Positions 27,665-37,512 of a DNA stretch of 64,000 nt are shown in pieces. The notes below the pieces were generated by a model that saw only the letters and a program-made list of their open reading frames with translations, ran no database searches and had not been told where the DNA came from. Each line of letters begins with the position of its first letter. Within the stretch, counting starts at the first letter, position 1. Both the position numbers and the translations under genes were made by a program. Source of the DNA: Bacteroidota bacterium (GTDB lineage Bacteria > Bacteroidota > Bacteroidia > Bacteroidales > VadinHA17); assembly GCA_034659275.1 (NCBI GenBank), contig JAYEGY010000043.1:1517-65516 (forward strand), given 5' to 3'.

Positions 27665-30600
27665 ATGGTCCGGAAGCTCCTGTTTAAAAATTCGATAATA
27701 TTATTGTTCTTATCGTTAAATTCTTTTTTATCCCTGTCGCAGACTTACCAGTTTAATAATTATAGTGTAAACGAGGGTTTGCCGGGACGTTTTATTTATA
27801 CAATTAACCAGGATAATGATGGTTTTATATGGCTGGGAACAGACAAAGGACTTTGTTTTTATGATGGCTTCGAATACCATATGTCATATGTTTCTGATAC
27901 ATTGGAAACAAATTTTCCCATATCATCATATGAAGCACAGGATGGAATAATATATTTTGGTTTCAATGATGGAACAGTTCATTACACAGAAGACCGGAAC
28001 CTTAAAGAGATACCGGGGATTGACGCGGTGAGGATAAATAATATCTTTGAAAATAAGGATTCAATGATATTCATTATTACACAGAGCAAAGGTATATATG
28101 CCTTTGATCCGGACAATCCCACGACGACAATATCAATTGATAATCCTGTAAATGAATTCCTTTTCTGCGGTGCTTTCACAGAAGACGGTCAAATGGTTCT
28201 GGGTACACAGAACGGTCTGTCGTTGTGCAGTTTTGAAGATGACACTCTTAAGGAGATTGCTGTGGCAGAAGAGATGACATATAATAAAGTACAGGACATA
28301 AAACAAAGCAACAAGCCCGCTCTTTATTTTATCGGGACAGAAGATAATGGCTTATATGCTGCCAGCTTCAATAATGGTAAAATAAATATTAAGAGAATAG
28401 GGCAGGAAGATATTTTTAACCGCTCCAGGATTCAGTCATTGATGACCGACAGTAAGGGGACACTGTGGATTTCCACTTTTGGCAACGGACTGGTAAAAGT
28501 GAAAACCGATAGCACGACAGCTGATATAATATCATACGAAGTGCTCGGGGTGGATGCGGGAATGCCCGGGAACGATATAAAAACCAGCTACGAGGATGAG
28601 TGGGGTAATATCTGGATAGGTCATTTTGGTAGTGGCGTGTCTGTTCTCAGGTCAGAGGCATATAAATTTTACAGGCCCGGGAATGTGCCGGATAAGAATA
28701 ATATTATATATGTAGGTGAATTCAAAGAAAATATTTTTGCCGGTACAAGTGAAGGATACTACCTGTTTGATATTAATGAAGAACGTACCATAAGCTACAC
28801 TGACCTTAGGCGGTCAGTTAATGGGGCAAGAATTTCAGACTATTATCTTTATAATGACGGATCAATTTTGCTGGGAACGGAATGGCAGGGGGTATATAAA
28901 AGGGAGGCTAGCGGGAGAACAACTGTCCTGTTCAGGTCAGGGAATAACATGGAAAACTATATAGAAGATATACTCGATGAATCCGGCTTCATCTGGCTGG
29001 GAACAAGGGGAGGTGTTATAAGCATAAATAAGGCGACAAAGAGCATCAGCCGGTTTACAACATCAGAAAAATTGCCTCACAATAATATAAACCAGGTGGT
29101 TCCACTGGGTGATGGTAATGTAATAGTAGCCACTGAAAGTAATAGACTGTATCAAATACGTCCCGGCAAAGGTGTTTCTTCAGGTAAAGCGATTATTCAC
29201 GGAGGTGTCAGAAATGTATTCCAATCATTCGATGTGGAAAAAGAGAACAAAATATGGGGTGCCACAAGAGGCTCCGGCATCTTCTGCTTTGAGGGCGACG
29301 CAGTATGGAATATAAGAAGTCGTAATGGCTTATACTCGGATTTTTGCTATAGTATACTCTGCGACAGCAGGAACAAAATATGGGTTGGTCACCGGAGGGG
29401 ATTTTCTGTTTATAACCAGGCCATTGATGAGATAAGAACTTTTGTCGACATCTTTGGGACAGGTGCTGATTGTAACGAAAATGCCATATACGAAACATCA
29501 CAAGGACACGTATTGATAGGAACAACGAACGGTTTTATAGTTTATAATCCCGATAAGGAAAAACAAAAACTTAAGCCACCAAAAACTAATATATTGTCGG
29601 TTACTATCAATGACAGTATAATGCCGCTGAAAGATGTATATAACCTTCCATATAAGTCAAGATATACTGTAAAAATTGATTATGTTGGACTTAATTATTC
29701 CGACCCCGAAAAAGTGTATTACAGCTATAGCCTGGAGAATTATGATACGGAATGGTCGGACCCAACTTATACAAGGAGTGTAACATACAGGTTAAGTGAC
29801 GGAAGCTACCGTTTTAATATCCTTGCTTACGTTTATGAGGATATATCGGATAACGAAATAAAAAGTTTTGAAATAAATATCAAGAAACCATTCTGGGAAA
29901 CATGGTGGTTTATCTCTGCCGCAGTCTTATTATTGGTGGTCATAGTTGTGGTGATTATAAAAGTAAGGGAGAGAAAACAGGCCAGGGTAAAGAAATTCCT
30001 TGAGGATGAACTGGCAGAACGGACAAAGGAGGTAATTGTCCAGAAAGAAGAAATCGAATATAAAAACAGGGAGATAACAGATAGTATTAATTACGCCCAG
30101 AGGATCCAGGCCAGCCTGTTGCCTCCCGTGAAACGGCTGAATGAAAATTTCCAGGACTCATTCGTGTTTTTCCGCCCCAGGGATATCGTCAGTGGCGATT
30201 TTTACTGGTTTGATAAAGTCAGTGATGATAAAATAATGATTGTATGTGCTGACTCAACCGGTCATGGCGTACCGGGTGCCTTCATGTCAATGATAGGATC
30301 GGCTTTGCTTCAGGAAATAGTCAACAGGAAGGATATTACCAGGCCTTCTGAAATATTGCGTGCCCTTGATAATGAGATTACCACAACCCTTAACCAGACG
30401 GGTGACGATACATCCAATGACGGAATGGATATGGTAGTGTGTGAATACAATCCGAAAATCCGCCTGCTGAGAGTTTCTTCTGCATTACGTCCCGTGATCA
30501 TTGTTATGGATGGTGAGCAATACTATATCAGGGGGAATAAAAACTCTGTAGGAGGTGAATACATGGAGGAGAAATTTTTTGATGACCAGGAATATTACCT

Positions 30601-30823
30601 CAAGCAAAATGATATCGTATATCTCTTTTCCGATGGTTATCCCGATCAGTTTGGAGGATCCGATGGAAAGAAACTTAAGATAGTAAGACTGAAAAGGCTT
30701 ATTGAAGAAATCAAGGATCTAAATATGGAGGAGCAACAAAAAAGGGTAAGTGATTACTTTGATGAATGGAAAGGAAGCTATGCACAGGTCGATGATGTTC
30801 TTCTGATGGGGTTTAGGATATAA
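27665..30823 (+). CDS. two-component-regulator propeller / Y_Y_Y sensor fused through one TM to a PP2C (SpoIIE-type) Ser/Thr phosphatase
   Basis: The periplasmic part has repeated GL..F / WIGT propeller motifs. The Y_Y_Y motif is YSYSLENYDTEWSDPTYTRSVTYRLSDGSYRF. The TM is WWFISAAVLLLVVIVVVII. PP2C motifs are SGDFYWF, ADSTGHGVPGAFMSM, DGMDM and FSDGYPDQFGG. Confidence 0.8.
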   Translation: MVRKLLFKNSIILLFLSLNSFLSLSQTYQFNNYSVNEGLPGRFIYTINQDNDGFIWLGTDKGLCFYDGFEYHMSYVSDTLETNFPISSYEAQDGIIYFGFNDGTVHYTEDRNLKEIPGIDAVRINNIFENKDSMIFIITQSKGIYAFDPDNPTTTISIDNPVNEFLFCGAFTEDGQMVLGTQNGLSLCSFEDDTLKEIAVAEEMTYNKVQDIKQSNKPALYFIGTEDNGLYAASFNNGKINIKRIGQEDIFNRSRIQSLMTDSKGTLWISTFGNGLVKVKTDSTTADIISYEVLGVDAGMPGNDIKTSYEDEWGNIWIGHFGSGVSVLRSEAYKFYRPGNVPDKNNIIYVGEFKENIFAGTSEGYYLFDINEERTISYTDLRRSVNGARISDYYLYNDGSILLGTEWQGVYKREASGRTTVLFRSGNNMENYIEDILDESGFIWLGTRGGVISINKATKSISRFTTSEKLPHNNINQVVPLGDGNVIVATESNRLYQIRPGKGVSSGKAIIHGGVRNVFQSFDVEKENKIWGATRGSGIFCFEGDAVWNIRSRNGLYSDFCYSILCDSRNKIWVGHRRGFSVYNQAIDEIRTFVDIFGTGADCNENAIYETSQGHVLIGTTNGFIVYNPDKEKQKLKPPKTNILSVTINDSIMPLKDVYNLPYKSRYTVKIDYVGLNYSDPEKVYYSYSLENYDTEWSDPTYTRSVTYRLSDGSYRFNILAYVYEDISDNEIKSFEINIKKPFWETWWFISAAVLLLVVIVVVIIKVRERKQARVKKFLEDELAERTKEVIVQKEEIEYKNREITDSINYAQRIQASLLPPVKRLNENFQDSFVFFRPRDIVSGDFYWFDKVSDDKIMIVCADSTGHGVPGAFMSMIGSALLQEIVNRKDITRPSEILRALDNEITTTLNQTGDDTSNDGMDMVVCEYNPKIRLLRVSSALRPVIIVMDGEQYYIRGNKNSVGGEYMEEKFFDDQEYYLKQNDIVYLFSDGYPDQFGGSDGKKLKIVRLKRLIEEIKDLNMEEQQKRVSDYFDEWKGSYAQVDDVLLMGFRI

Positions 30824-30831
30824 CGATACAT

Positions 30832-31365
30832 CTATTCATTCACGCAGCCACCATCAAGGCTGAAGGGAATTTCGCAGGTTGATTCAATATTGCTCTCATT
30901 CCCTGCCCTGTCCTTTATATAAAAATCGTACTTGATAGTATCAGTGACATCATAGATCCAATACAGAAACGTAATTTCTATTGTACCCTGCAGTATCTTG
31001 TTCTGGCCTTCCCTTTCCATGTACGGTATTCTGTAGCCATACGGCCTGTTAAAATCCGAACTATCAGCCTCGGTAAAAATATCGTTTTCCTTGTAATAAA
31101 GAGTAAGAATAAGATTTATTGTATCAGTTTCAGTTTGACCCTCAACAGGTTGCTTCACGCCAAGATCTCCGTCACCATCTTCAAAATAAAATTCCAGTAT
31201 GCCTGCTTTCCCCGGGTTACCAAGCTGTTGATCAATAGTATCAAACATGGTAAACTGCCTGAATTCAATAACAGGCTCCGGTGGAAGTTGCTTTATTTTC
31301 TCGCATCTATTGAAGAGGGGAAAAGATAAAGCCACAGCAAATATTATAGGTAATAGCTTTTTCAT
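30832..31365 (-). CDS. hypothetical lipoprotein
   Basis: MKKLLPIIFAVALSFPLFNRC is a lipobox. It is the last gene of the rluB-era-der string. I recognise no family. Confidence 0.5.
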   Translation of the reverse strand: MKKLLPIIFAVALSFPLFNRCEKIKQLPPEPVIEFRQFTMFDTIDQQLGNPGKAGILEFYFEDGDGDLGVKQPVEGQTETDTINLILTLYYKENDIFTEADSSDFNRPYGYRIPYMEREGQNKILQGTIEITFLYWIYDVTDTIKYDFYIKDRAGNESNIESTCEIPFSLDGGCVNE

Positions 31366-31400
31366 ACGAATCATTATCATCAAAAATTAAACCAAAATAA

Positions 31401-32705
31401 CTATTTTTTTCTGAAAAATATTTTTAACGGTACGCCGGTGAATTCATACTTTTCCCTCAGACGATTTTCAAGGTATCTCCGGTATGACTCCCTTATATAT
31501 TGAGGATGATTACAGAAAAAGGCAAAAGAAGGATAGAATGTCGGAAGCTGGCTGACATATTTAATCTTAATAAATTTACCTTTGCTTGCGGGGGGAGGAT
31601 TTTTTTCAATGATGGGTAGCAGGTAAGCATTTAAAGCTGAGGTGGATATTTTTCTTATCCGGTTATCATAGACACGCAAAGCCTCACCGATGACCCTGTG
31701 TATCCTTTGTTTGTGTATTGCAGAGATGAAAAGCAAAGGATAGTCGGTGAATGGTGATGTTTTATTCTTTATCTCTTTTTCAATCTTCCTGGCTGAATTG
31801 GAATCCTTGTCGGCAAGATCCCATTTATTGACAAGTAAAACGAGCCCCTTATTATTGCTGAGTATGATATTCATTATTTTCATGTCCTGAGATTCCAGGC
31901 CAATTGTGGCATCGATCATTAAAAGACAAACATCAGAATTTTCTATAGCCTTTATTGCCCTGAGTACGGAATAGTATTCAACATCTTCATTAACCCTGGA
32001 TTTTCTTCTCAGGCCGGCAGTGTCTATTAGAAAAAAATCATGGCCATATTTTTTATACCGTATTAGTACCGAATCAATTGTTGTTCCTGCTAACGGGGTG
32101 ACGATATTCCTGTTTTCCCCGGTCAGGCTGTTAAGCAATGATGATTTTCCCACATTTGGTCTTCCTGCCACTGTTATCCTGGGGAGATTCTCCTCTTCTT
32201 CCTCTTTTTCTTCGTGCAAGCTGTCCACTATTTTGTCAAGCAGGTCACCTGTTCCCGCTCCGTTTACAGATGAGATGGCATAATATTCACCCAGCCCGAG
32301 CTTGTAAAACTCAACAGCATCAAGTAAACGGATGTTGTTATCAACCTTATTAATCACAGGTATTACGTTTTTTCCTGACTTCCTGAGCATATTGGCAACT
32401 GACATGTCCAGGTCGGTTAATCCCGTGGTAACATCAACCATAAAGAGTATCAATGCGGCCTCATCAATTGCAATTTCCACCTGCCTGTTTATTTCACTTT
32501 CGAAAACATCATCAGAGTCATTTACATAGCCGCCGGTGTCGATGACCGAGAAAACCCTGCCATTCCATTCCACCTTGCCGTAGTGCCTGTCACGCGTGAC
32601 ACCGCTCATTTCGTCAACAATGGCCTGCCTGGTCTCGGTGAACCTGTTAAACAGGGTTGACTTGCCTACATTCGGCCTTCCTACTATTGCTACTATCCGG
32701 TTCAT
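31401..32705 (-). CDS. der: ribosome-associated GTPase Der (EngA)
   Basis: There are two GTPase domains (GRPNVGKST and GRPNVGKSS, DTGG/DTAG, NKVD/NKWD) plus a KH-like C-terminus. I prefer the ATG at 32705 over the TTG at 32720. Confidence 0.9.
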   Translation of the reverse strand: MNRIVAIVGRPNVGKSTLFNRFTETRQAIVDEMSGVTRDRHYGKVEWNGRVFSVIDTGGYVNDSDDVFESEINRQVEIAIDEAALILFMVDVTTGLTDLDMSVANMLRKSGKNVIPVINKVDNNIRLLDAVEFYKLGLGEYYAISSVNGAGTGDLLDKIVDSLHEEKEEEEENLPRITVAGRPNVGKSSLLNSLTGENRNIVTPLAGTTIDSVLIRYKKYGHDFFLIDTAGLRRKSRVNEDVEYYSVLRAIKAIENSDVCLLMIDATIGLESQDMKIMNIILSNNKGLVLLVNKWDLADKDSNSARKIEKEIKNKTSPFTDYPLLFISAIHKQRIHRVIGEALRVYDNRIRKISTSALNAYLLPIIEKNPPPASKGKFIKIKYVSQLPTFYPSFAFFCNHPQYIRESYRRYLENRLREKYEFTGVPLKIFFRKK

Positions 32706-32716
32706 TTTTACCTTAT

Positions 32717-33592
32717 TCAATACCCGAACTTTTTAAGTGTACCAGGCCTGTCGCGCCAATCCTTGGAGACTTTTACATACAACTCAAGATATACTTGTTT
32801 ACCTATGAATTCCTCAATGTCTTTTCTTGCTTCGCTTCCTGTTTTTTTCAGCATCTTTCCCCTGTGACCTATGATTATCCCTTTTTGACTCTCCCTTGTA
32901 ACATGGATTACAGCCCTTATATTTACGATCTTACTTTCCTCTTTATAACTTTCAATTTCGATCTCAACCGAGTAAGGTATTTCTTTTTTATAATTATTTA
33001 ATATTTTTTCCCGTATTATCTCTGAAACAAAAAACCGCTCATACCTGTCTGTGAGCTGGTCTTTGGGGAAATAGGCAGGAGCCTCGGGTAACTTTTTCAG
33101 AATTATTTTAAGCAGGTTATCTGTATTGAACTTCTCCGTGGCCGAAAGAGGTATTATAAATGCTTCAGGCATAATGGTCTTCCATTTTTCAACCAGTTGC
33201 TCAAGTCTTTCCTGGTCGCTTAGGTCTATCTTATTTATGGCAAGTATTACAGGGACTTCTGATTCTATCACCCTGTTAAGAGTTTCCCTGTTTTTATCTA
33301 TCTTTTCATTAACATCGCTTACATAAACAATAAGGTCGGCATCACCTATTGCACTGTAAACCGAATGCATCATTGCTTCCTGAAGCTTGTAGGCAGGTTT
33401 TATTATTCCTGGTGTGTCTGAAAATATTATCTGAAAGTCGTCACCATTAACGATGCCCAGAATCCTATGCCTTGTTGTTTGCGATTTTGAAGTGATAATC
33501 GACAGTTTTTCACCAACAAGGGCATTCATGATTGTTGATTTTCCGACATTGGGATTACCAAGTATATTAACAAAACCTGATTTATGAGCCAT
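32717..33592 (-). CDS. era: GTPase Era
   Basis: GNPNVGKST, DTPG and NKID motifs, with a C-terminal KH domain (VIHVTRESQKGIIIGHRGKMLK). Confidence 0.9.
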   Translation of the reverse strand: MAHKSGFVNILGNPNVGKSTIMNALVGEKLSIITSKSQTTRHRILGIVNGDDFQIIFSDTPGIIKPAYKLQEAMMHSVYSAIGDADLIVYVSDVNEKIDKNRETLNRVIESEVPVILAINKIDLSDQERLEQLVEKWKTIMPEAFIIPLSATEKFNTDNLLKIILKKLPEAPAYFPKDQLTDRYERFFVSEIIREKILNNYKKEIPYSVEIEIESYKEESKIVNIRAVIHVTRESQKGIIIGHRGKMLKKTGSEARKDIEEFIGKQVYLELYVKVSKDWRDRPGTLKKFGY

Positions 33593-33602
33593 TTATTTTG
33601 AT

Positions 33603-34355
33603 TTATGATCTTTTCAGAATATTTATTTCCTTATTTGTGAGAAACCTCCACTTGCCCCTGGGGAGGTTCTTCTTCGTAAGACCCGCGAAATATACCCTGT
33701 CGAGCTTTTTTATCTTATATCCAAGGGCTTCAAACATTCTTCTTACAACTCTGTTCTGACCTGAATGTATTTCAATTCCCACCTGTGTTTTGTCTTTGGG
33801 ATCAGGATATGCAACAGCATCTGCCGCTACCATTTCACCAATATCAACACCCTCAGCAAGCCTTTTCATATCATTACGTGTAAGAGGTCGGTGCAGGTGG
33901 ACATGATATATTTTCTTTTTGCCATGTGAGGGGTGGCTTAATTTTTTTGTTAACTCCCCGTCGTTGGTAAACAACAGCACTCCTGTTGTATCTTTGTCCA
34001 GTCGTCCTACAGGGTATACTCTTTCGGAACAGGCATTTTTGATCAGTTCAGTGACCAGTTTACCGGCATGGGGATCATCGGTTGTACTTACGTATCCGGC
34101 AGGTTTATTCAGGAGTATATATACTTTTTTCTCCGGGTTCAGTATCCTTCCTTTATATTCTACCTTCGATTCGGGCGAGACCTTTGTACCCAGGTCAGTC
34201 ACTATCTTTCCGTTAACACTTATCTCACCCCTGGCGATCAGGCTGTCAGCATCCCTCCGGCTGCATACTCCGCTGTTTGAGATGTATTTGTTCAGCCTTA
34301 TCATCATTTTGCCGCCTTCAGTCCTTTCCGATCCTCTTTTTCTCCTGTCGTTCAT
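33603..34355 (-). CDS. rluB: RsuA/RluB-family pseudouridine synthase with an S4 domain
   Basis: The S4 motif is RLNKYISNSGVCSRRDAD and the catalytic motif is VYPVGRLDKDTTGVLL. Confidence 0.85.
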   Translation of the reverse strand: MNDRRKRGSERTEGGKMMIRLNKYISNSGVCSRRDADSLIARGEISVNGKIVTDLGTKVSPESKVEYKGRILNPEKKVYILLNKPAGYVSTTDDPHAGKLVTELIKNACSERVYPVGRLDKDTTGVLLFTNDGELTKKLSHPSHGKKKIYHVHLHRPLTRNDMKRLAEGVDIGEMVAADAVAYPDPKDKTQVGIEIHSGQNRVVRRMFEALGYKIKKLDRVYFAGLTKKNLPRGKWRFLTNKEINILKRS

Positions 34356-34465
34356 TACTTTATAATTTCGGACTGCAAAGGTAAAGATAATTTATAATAT
34401 TTTTTTCGCACTTTTGTTTATTGGATTAACGGATCCAGTTTATTTGTTTCACTAAACAAGCAAAC

Positions 34466-35845
34466 ATGTCATTAATAAAATCAATTTCAGGAATAAGAGG
34501 AACTATTGGAGGTAAGCCGGGAACAGGGCTAAGCCCCCTTGATGTGGTAAAATTTACCGCTGCATACGGGGAATGGATATTACGAAATACGGGAAGAAAG
34601 AAGGCTCTAATAATTACAGGAAGAGATGCCAGACCAAGTGGTGAGATGATAAACAAGCTAATGACAGGGACCCTTACAGCCATGGGTTTAGATGTACTGG
34701 ATCTTGGTCTGACCACAACCCCAACGGTTGAGATTGCAGTGATAGCTGAAAAGGCTGGTGGAGGGATAATACTTACTGCCAGTCATAATCCCGTCCAGTG
34801 GAATGCCCTTAAATTGCTTAATGAAAGGGGTGAATTCCTGGCAGCTAATGACGGAAGCCGCATCCTTGAAATAGCAGAAAAGATGGATTATAGTTTTGCC
34901 TCTTATGAAAAGATCGGAACGGTAAAAAAGGATAACAGCTATAATAAAAAGCATATTGAAATGCTGCTTGACCTGCCTGATATTGATATTGTTAAAATAA
35001 AAGACAGGGAATTTACCGTTGTTATTGATTGTGTGAATTCTGTTGGTGGGTTAATATTGCCTGAACTGCTCACTAATCTGGGCGTGAAGAGGATAATTGG
35101 TATTTTCACTGAACCAAGTGGACTCTTTCCCCATAATCCTGAACCACTTCCGGAAAATCTGGGGGAACTGAGCCGTGCAGTAATAGATAATAATGCTGAT
35201 CTCGGCTTTGTGGTTGATCCCGACGTCGACAGGCTGGCAATAGTGTCGGAAGATGGAACATTTTTTAACGAGGAATATACCCTGGTGGCATGTGCCGATT
35301 ACATACTGTCAAAAAGGAAGGGTAATACGGTGAGTAATATGTCATCAAGCAGGGCTTTGAGGGATGTAACGGAAAAGTACGGGGGTAAATGGCATTATTC
35401 TGCAGTGGGTGAAGTGAATGTAGTGTCAAAAATGAAGGAAGTAAGTGCAGTAATAGGGGGTGAAGGTAATGGTGGCGTTATTTATCCTCCTCTCCATTAC
35501 GGTCGTGATGCGCTGGCAGGAATAGCCCTCTTTCTTTCCTTGCTGGCAAATAGGGGAGGAACCTGCTCACAGTTAAGAGCTACCTATCCGGAATATGTTA
35601 TTTCAAAAAACAGGGTAGAACTGGCAGAGGACCTCGATGCGGATGAAATAATCAATAAAATCCATGAAGGATTTCGACATAACGTCGTAAGCACTGAGGA
35701 TGGGCTGCTTCTGGAAAATGAAAAGGGATGGGTTAATATCAGGAAATCCAATACAGAACCAATATTAAGAATATATTCCGAAGGAAAAACAAGGGAAGAT
35801 GCTGACTCGCTGGCGGAAGAAATCATAAAAATTGTTAAAAAATAA
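34466..35845 (+). CDS. glmM: phosphoglucosamine mutase (alpha-D-phosphohexomutase family)
   Basis: The active-site serine motif is TASHNPVQWNALK. The metal loop is VVDPDVDR. GEGNGG is also present. Confidence 0.85.
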   Translation: MSLIKSISGIRGTIGGKPGTGLSPLDVVKFTAAYGEWILRNTGRKKALIITGRDARPSGEMINKLMTGTLTAMGLDVLDLGLTTTPTVEIAVIAEKAGGGIILTASHNPVQWNALKLLNERGEFLAANDGSRILEIAEKMDYSFASYEKIGTVKKDNSYNKKHIEMLLDLPDIDIVKIKDREFTVVIDCVNSVGGLILPELLTNLGVKRIIGIFTEPSGLFPHNPEPLPENLGELSRAVIDNNADLGFVVDPDVDRLAIVSEDGTFFNEEYTLVACADYILSKRKGNTVSNMSSSRALRDVTEKYGGKWHYSAVGEVNVVSKMKEVSAVIGGEGNGGVIYPPLHYGRDALAGIALFLSLLANRGGTCSQLRATYPEYVISKNRVELAEDLDADEIINKIHEGFRHNVVSTEDGLLLENEKGWVNIRKSNTEPILRIYSEGKTREDADSLAEEIIKIVKK

Positions 35846-36044
35846 AGGGAATGCCACTTATTTGTTATTTATGGAATAAAATCCCGATTCAATTTGTCAA
35901 CTTATATGATGGAACAAAAATATGTTCCCACTGTTAATTATTGTTAAATAGTGGTTTATTATAATAAAAGCAAAATCAGGGAGAATAAAATTTTAATAAT
36001 TTCGGACCCATAAAAAATTTTGATTTGAACAAACATTTAAAATA

Positions 36045-37493
36045 ATGAAGAAGACTTTAATTATTTCAGGTATAGTGGTTGCCGTTGCAATAATTGCACT
36101 GATTATTTTTAACCGCCTTACAAAAAAGGATGAGATAGCCTTACTTTTTGCTGAGGCTAAAAGGGGGAATTTTGAAATAGTTGTGTCAACCACCGGTGAA
36201 TTGCAGGCAGAAAATTCAACTGACATAGAAGGGCCCAGTGGACTTGGAGGCAGGCGAATGAGGTTCAGGAATATAACCATACAGGACCTTATCCCTGAAG
36301 GAACAGTTGTGCAGAAAGGTGATTATGTGGCTACACTCGACCGTTCAGAAGCAGAAAATACAATGAAAGACGAAATGGATGAACTGGAGCAGATGGAGAA
36401 TGACTATGAAATGAAGAAACTGGATACAACCATAACTCTGGGTGACCTGAGGGATGATATACTGAATCTTAAATTTAATATGGAGGAGGCAGAAATCACC
36501 CTTGAACAATCAAAATATGAACCTCCCACAACAATCAGGCAGAACAGGATAAACCTTGACAAGGCAACAAGGGCATATGAACAGGCCCTTAAGAACTATG
36601 AGCTTAAGGTCCAACAGGCACAGGCTGATATGAGGGATGCACGTTATGAACTGGAAAAGCAAAGACAGACTGTAAGAGACATGCAAAGGGTACTTGAACA
36701 GTTTACCGTAACAGCACCGGCGTCGGGGATGGTGATATATAAAAGAGAGTGGGAAGGAACCAAACGTAAAGTAGGATCAAATATAAGCCCCTTTGACCCC
36801 GTAGTAGCTACATTGCCCGATCTATCCTCAATGATCTCAAAAACATATGTTAATGAAATTGACATAAGTAAAGTTAAAATGAATCAGCCTGTCAGGATTA
36901 CAGTGGATGCATTCCCTGAAAAGAGATATAGCGGGAAGGTGACAAGCGTGGCCAATATTGGTGAACAGTTGCCTAATACCGATGCCAAGGTGTTTGAGGT
37001 GATTATTAAGCTTGATAATGTTGAATCAATACTGCGTCCCTCTATGACTACCGGGAACCAGATAATTACAGCTTCTTTTAACGATGTCCTCTCAATTCCG
37101 CTTGAATGTGTTCATGCTACTGAAGACAGTATACCTTATGTATACCACAGGAATGGCACCAGGCAGGTTGTAGTGCTGGGTGAGTCTAATGAAAATGCGG
37201 TGATAGTAGAACAGGGTCTGGAAGAAGGGGATCAGTCGTACCTGAGTGTACCTGAGGAACCCGAGACCTTTAAGCTTGTAGGAGAAGAATTGATAGAGGT
37301 TATTCGTGATAAAGAAAGAGTTAAGAGGGAGGAAGAAGAAAGAAGGGAAAGAGAAATAGAAGAACAAAATAGACGTGGTTCTCAGCAAATGTCTCCCGAG
37401 ATGAGGGAACGCTTTATGAATATGAGTGAAGAAGAAAGGGAGGAAATGAGGAATACGATGCAACAACAAGGAGGCGGCCAGGGCCGCAGTTAA
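36045..37493 (+). CDS. HlyD-family periplasmic adaptor (membrane fusion protein) with a highly charged C-terminal tail
   Basis: It has an N-terminal TM, a long coiled-coil hairpin and a beta-barrel region (VRITVDAFPEKRYSGKVTSVA). The tail is KERVKREEEERREREIEEQNRRG...QQQGGGQGRS. Confidence 0.8.
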   Translation: MKKTLIISGIVVAVAIIALIIFNRLTKKDEIALLFAEAKRGNFEIVVSTTGELQAENSTDIEGPSGLGGRRMRFRNITIQDLIPEGTVVQKGDYVATLDRSEAENTMKDEMDELEQMENDYEMKKLDTTITLGDLRDDILNLKFNMEEAEITLEQSKYEPPTTIRQNRINLDKATRAYEQALKNYELKVQQAQADMRDARYELEKQRQTVRDMQRVLEQFTVTAPASGMVIYKREWEGTKRKVGSNISPFDPVVATLPDLSSMISKTYVNEIDISKVKMNQPVRITVDAFPEKRYSGKVTSVANIGEQLPNTDAKVFEVIIKLDNVESILRPSMTTGNQIITASFNDVLSIPLECVHATEDSIPYVYHRNGTRQVVVLGESNENAVIVEQGLEEGDQSYLSVPEEPETFKLVGEELIEVIRDKERVKREEEERREREIEEQNRRGSQQMSPEMRERFMNMSEEEREEMRNTMQQQGGGQGRS

Positions 37494-37512
37494 ATCTTTT
37501 TACTTGACTGAT

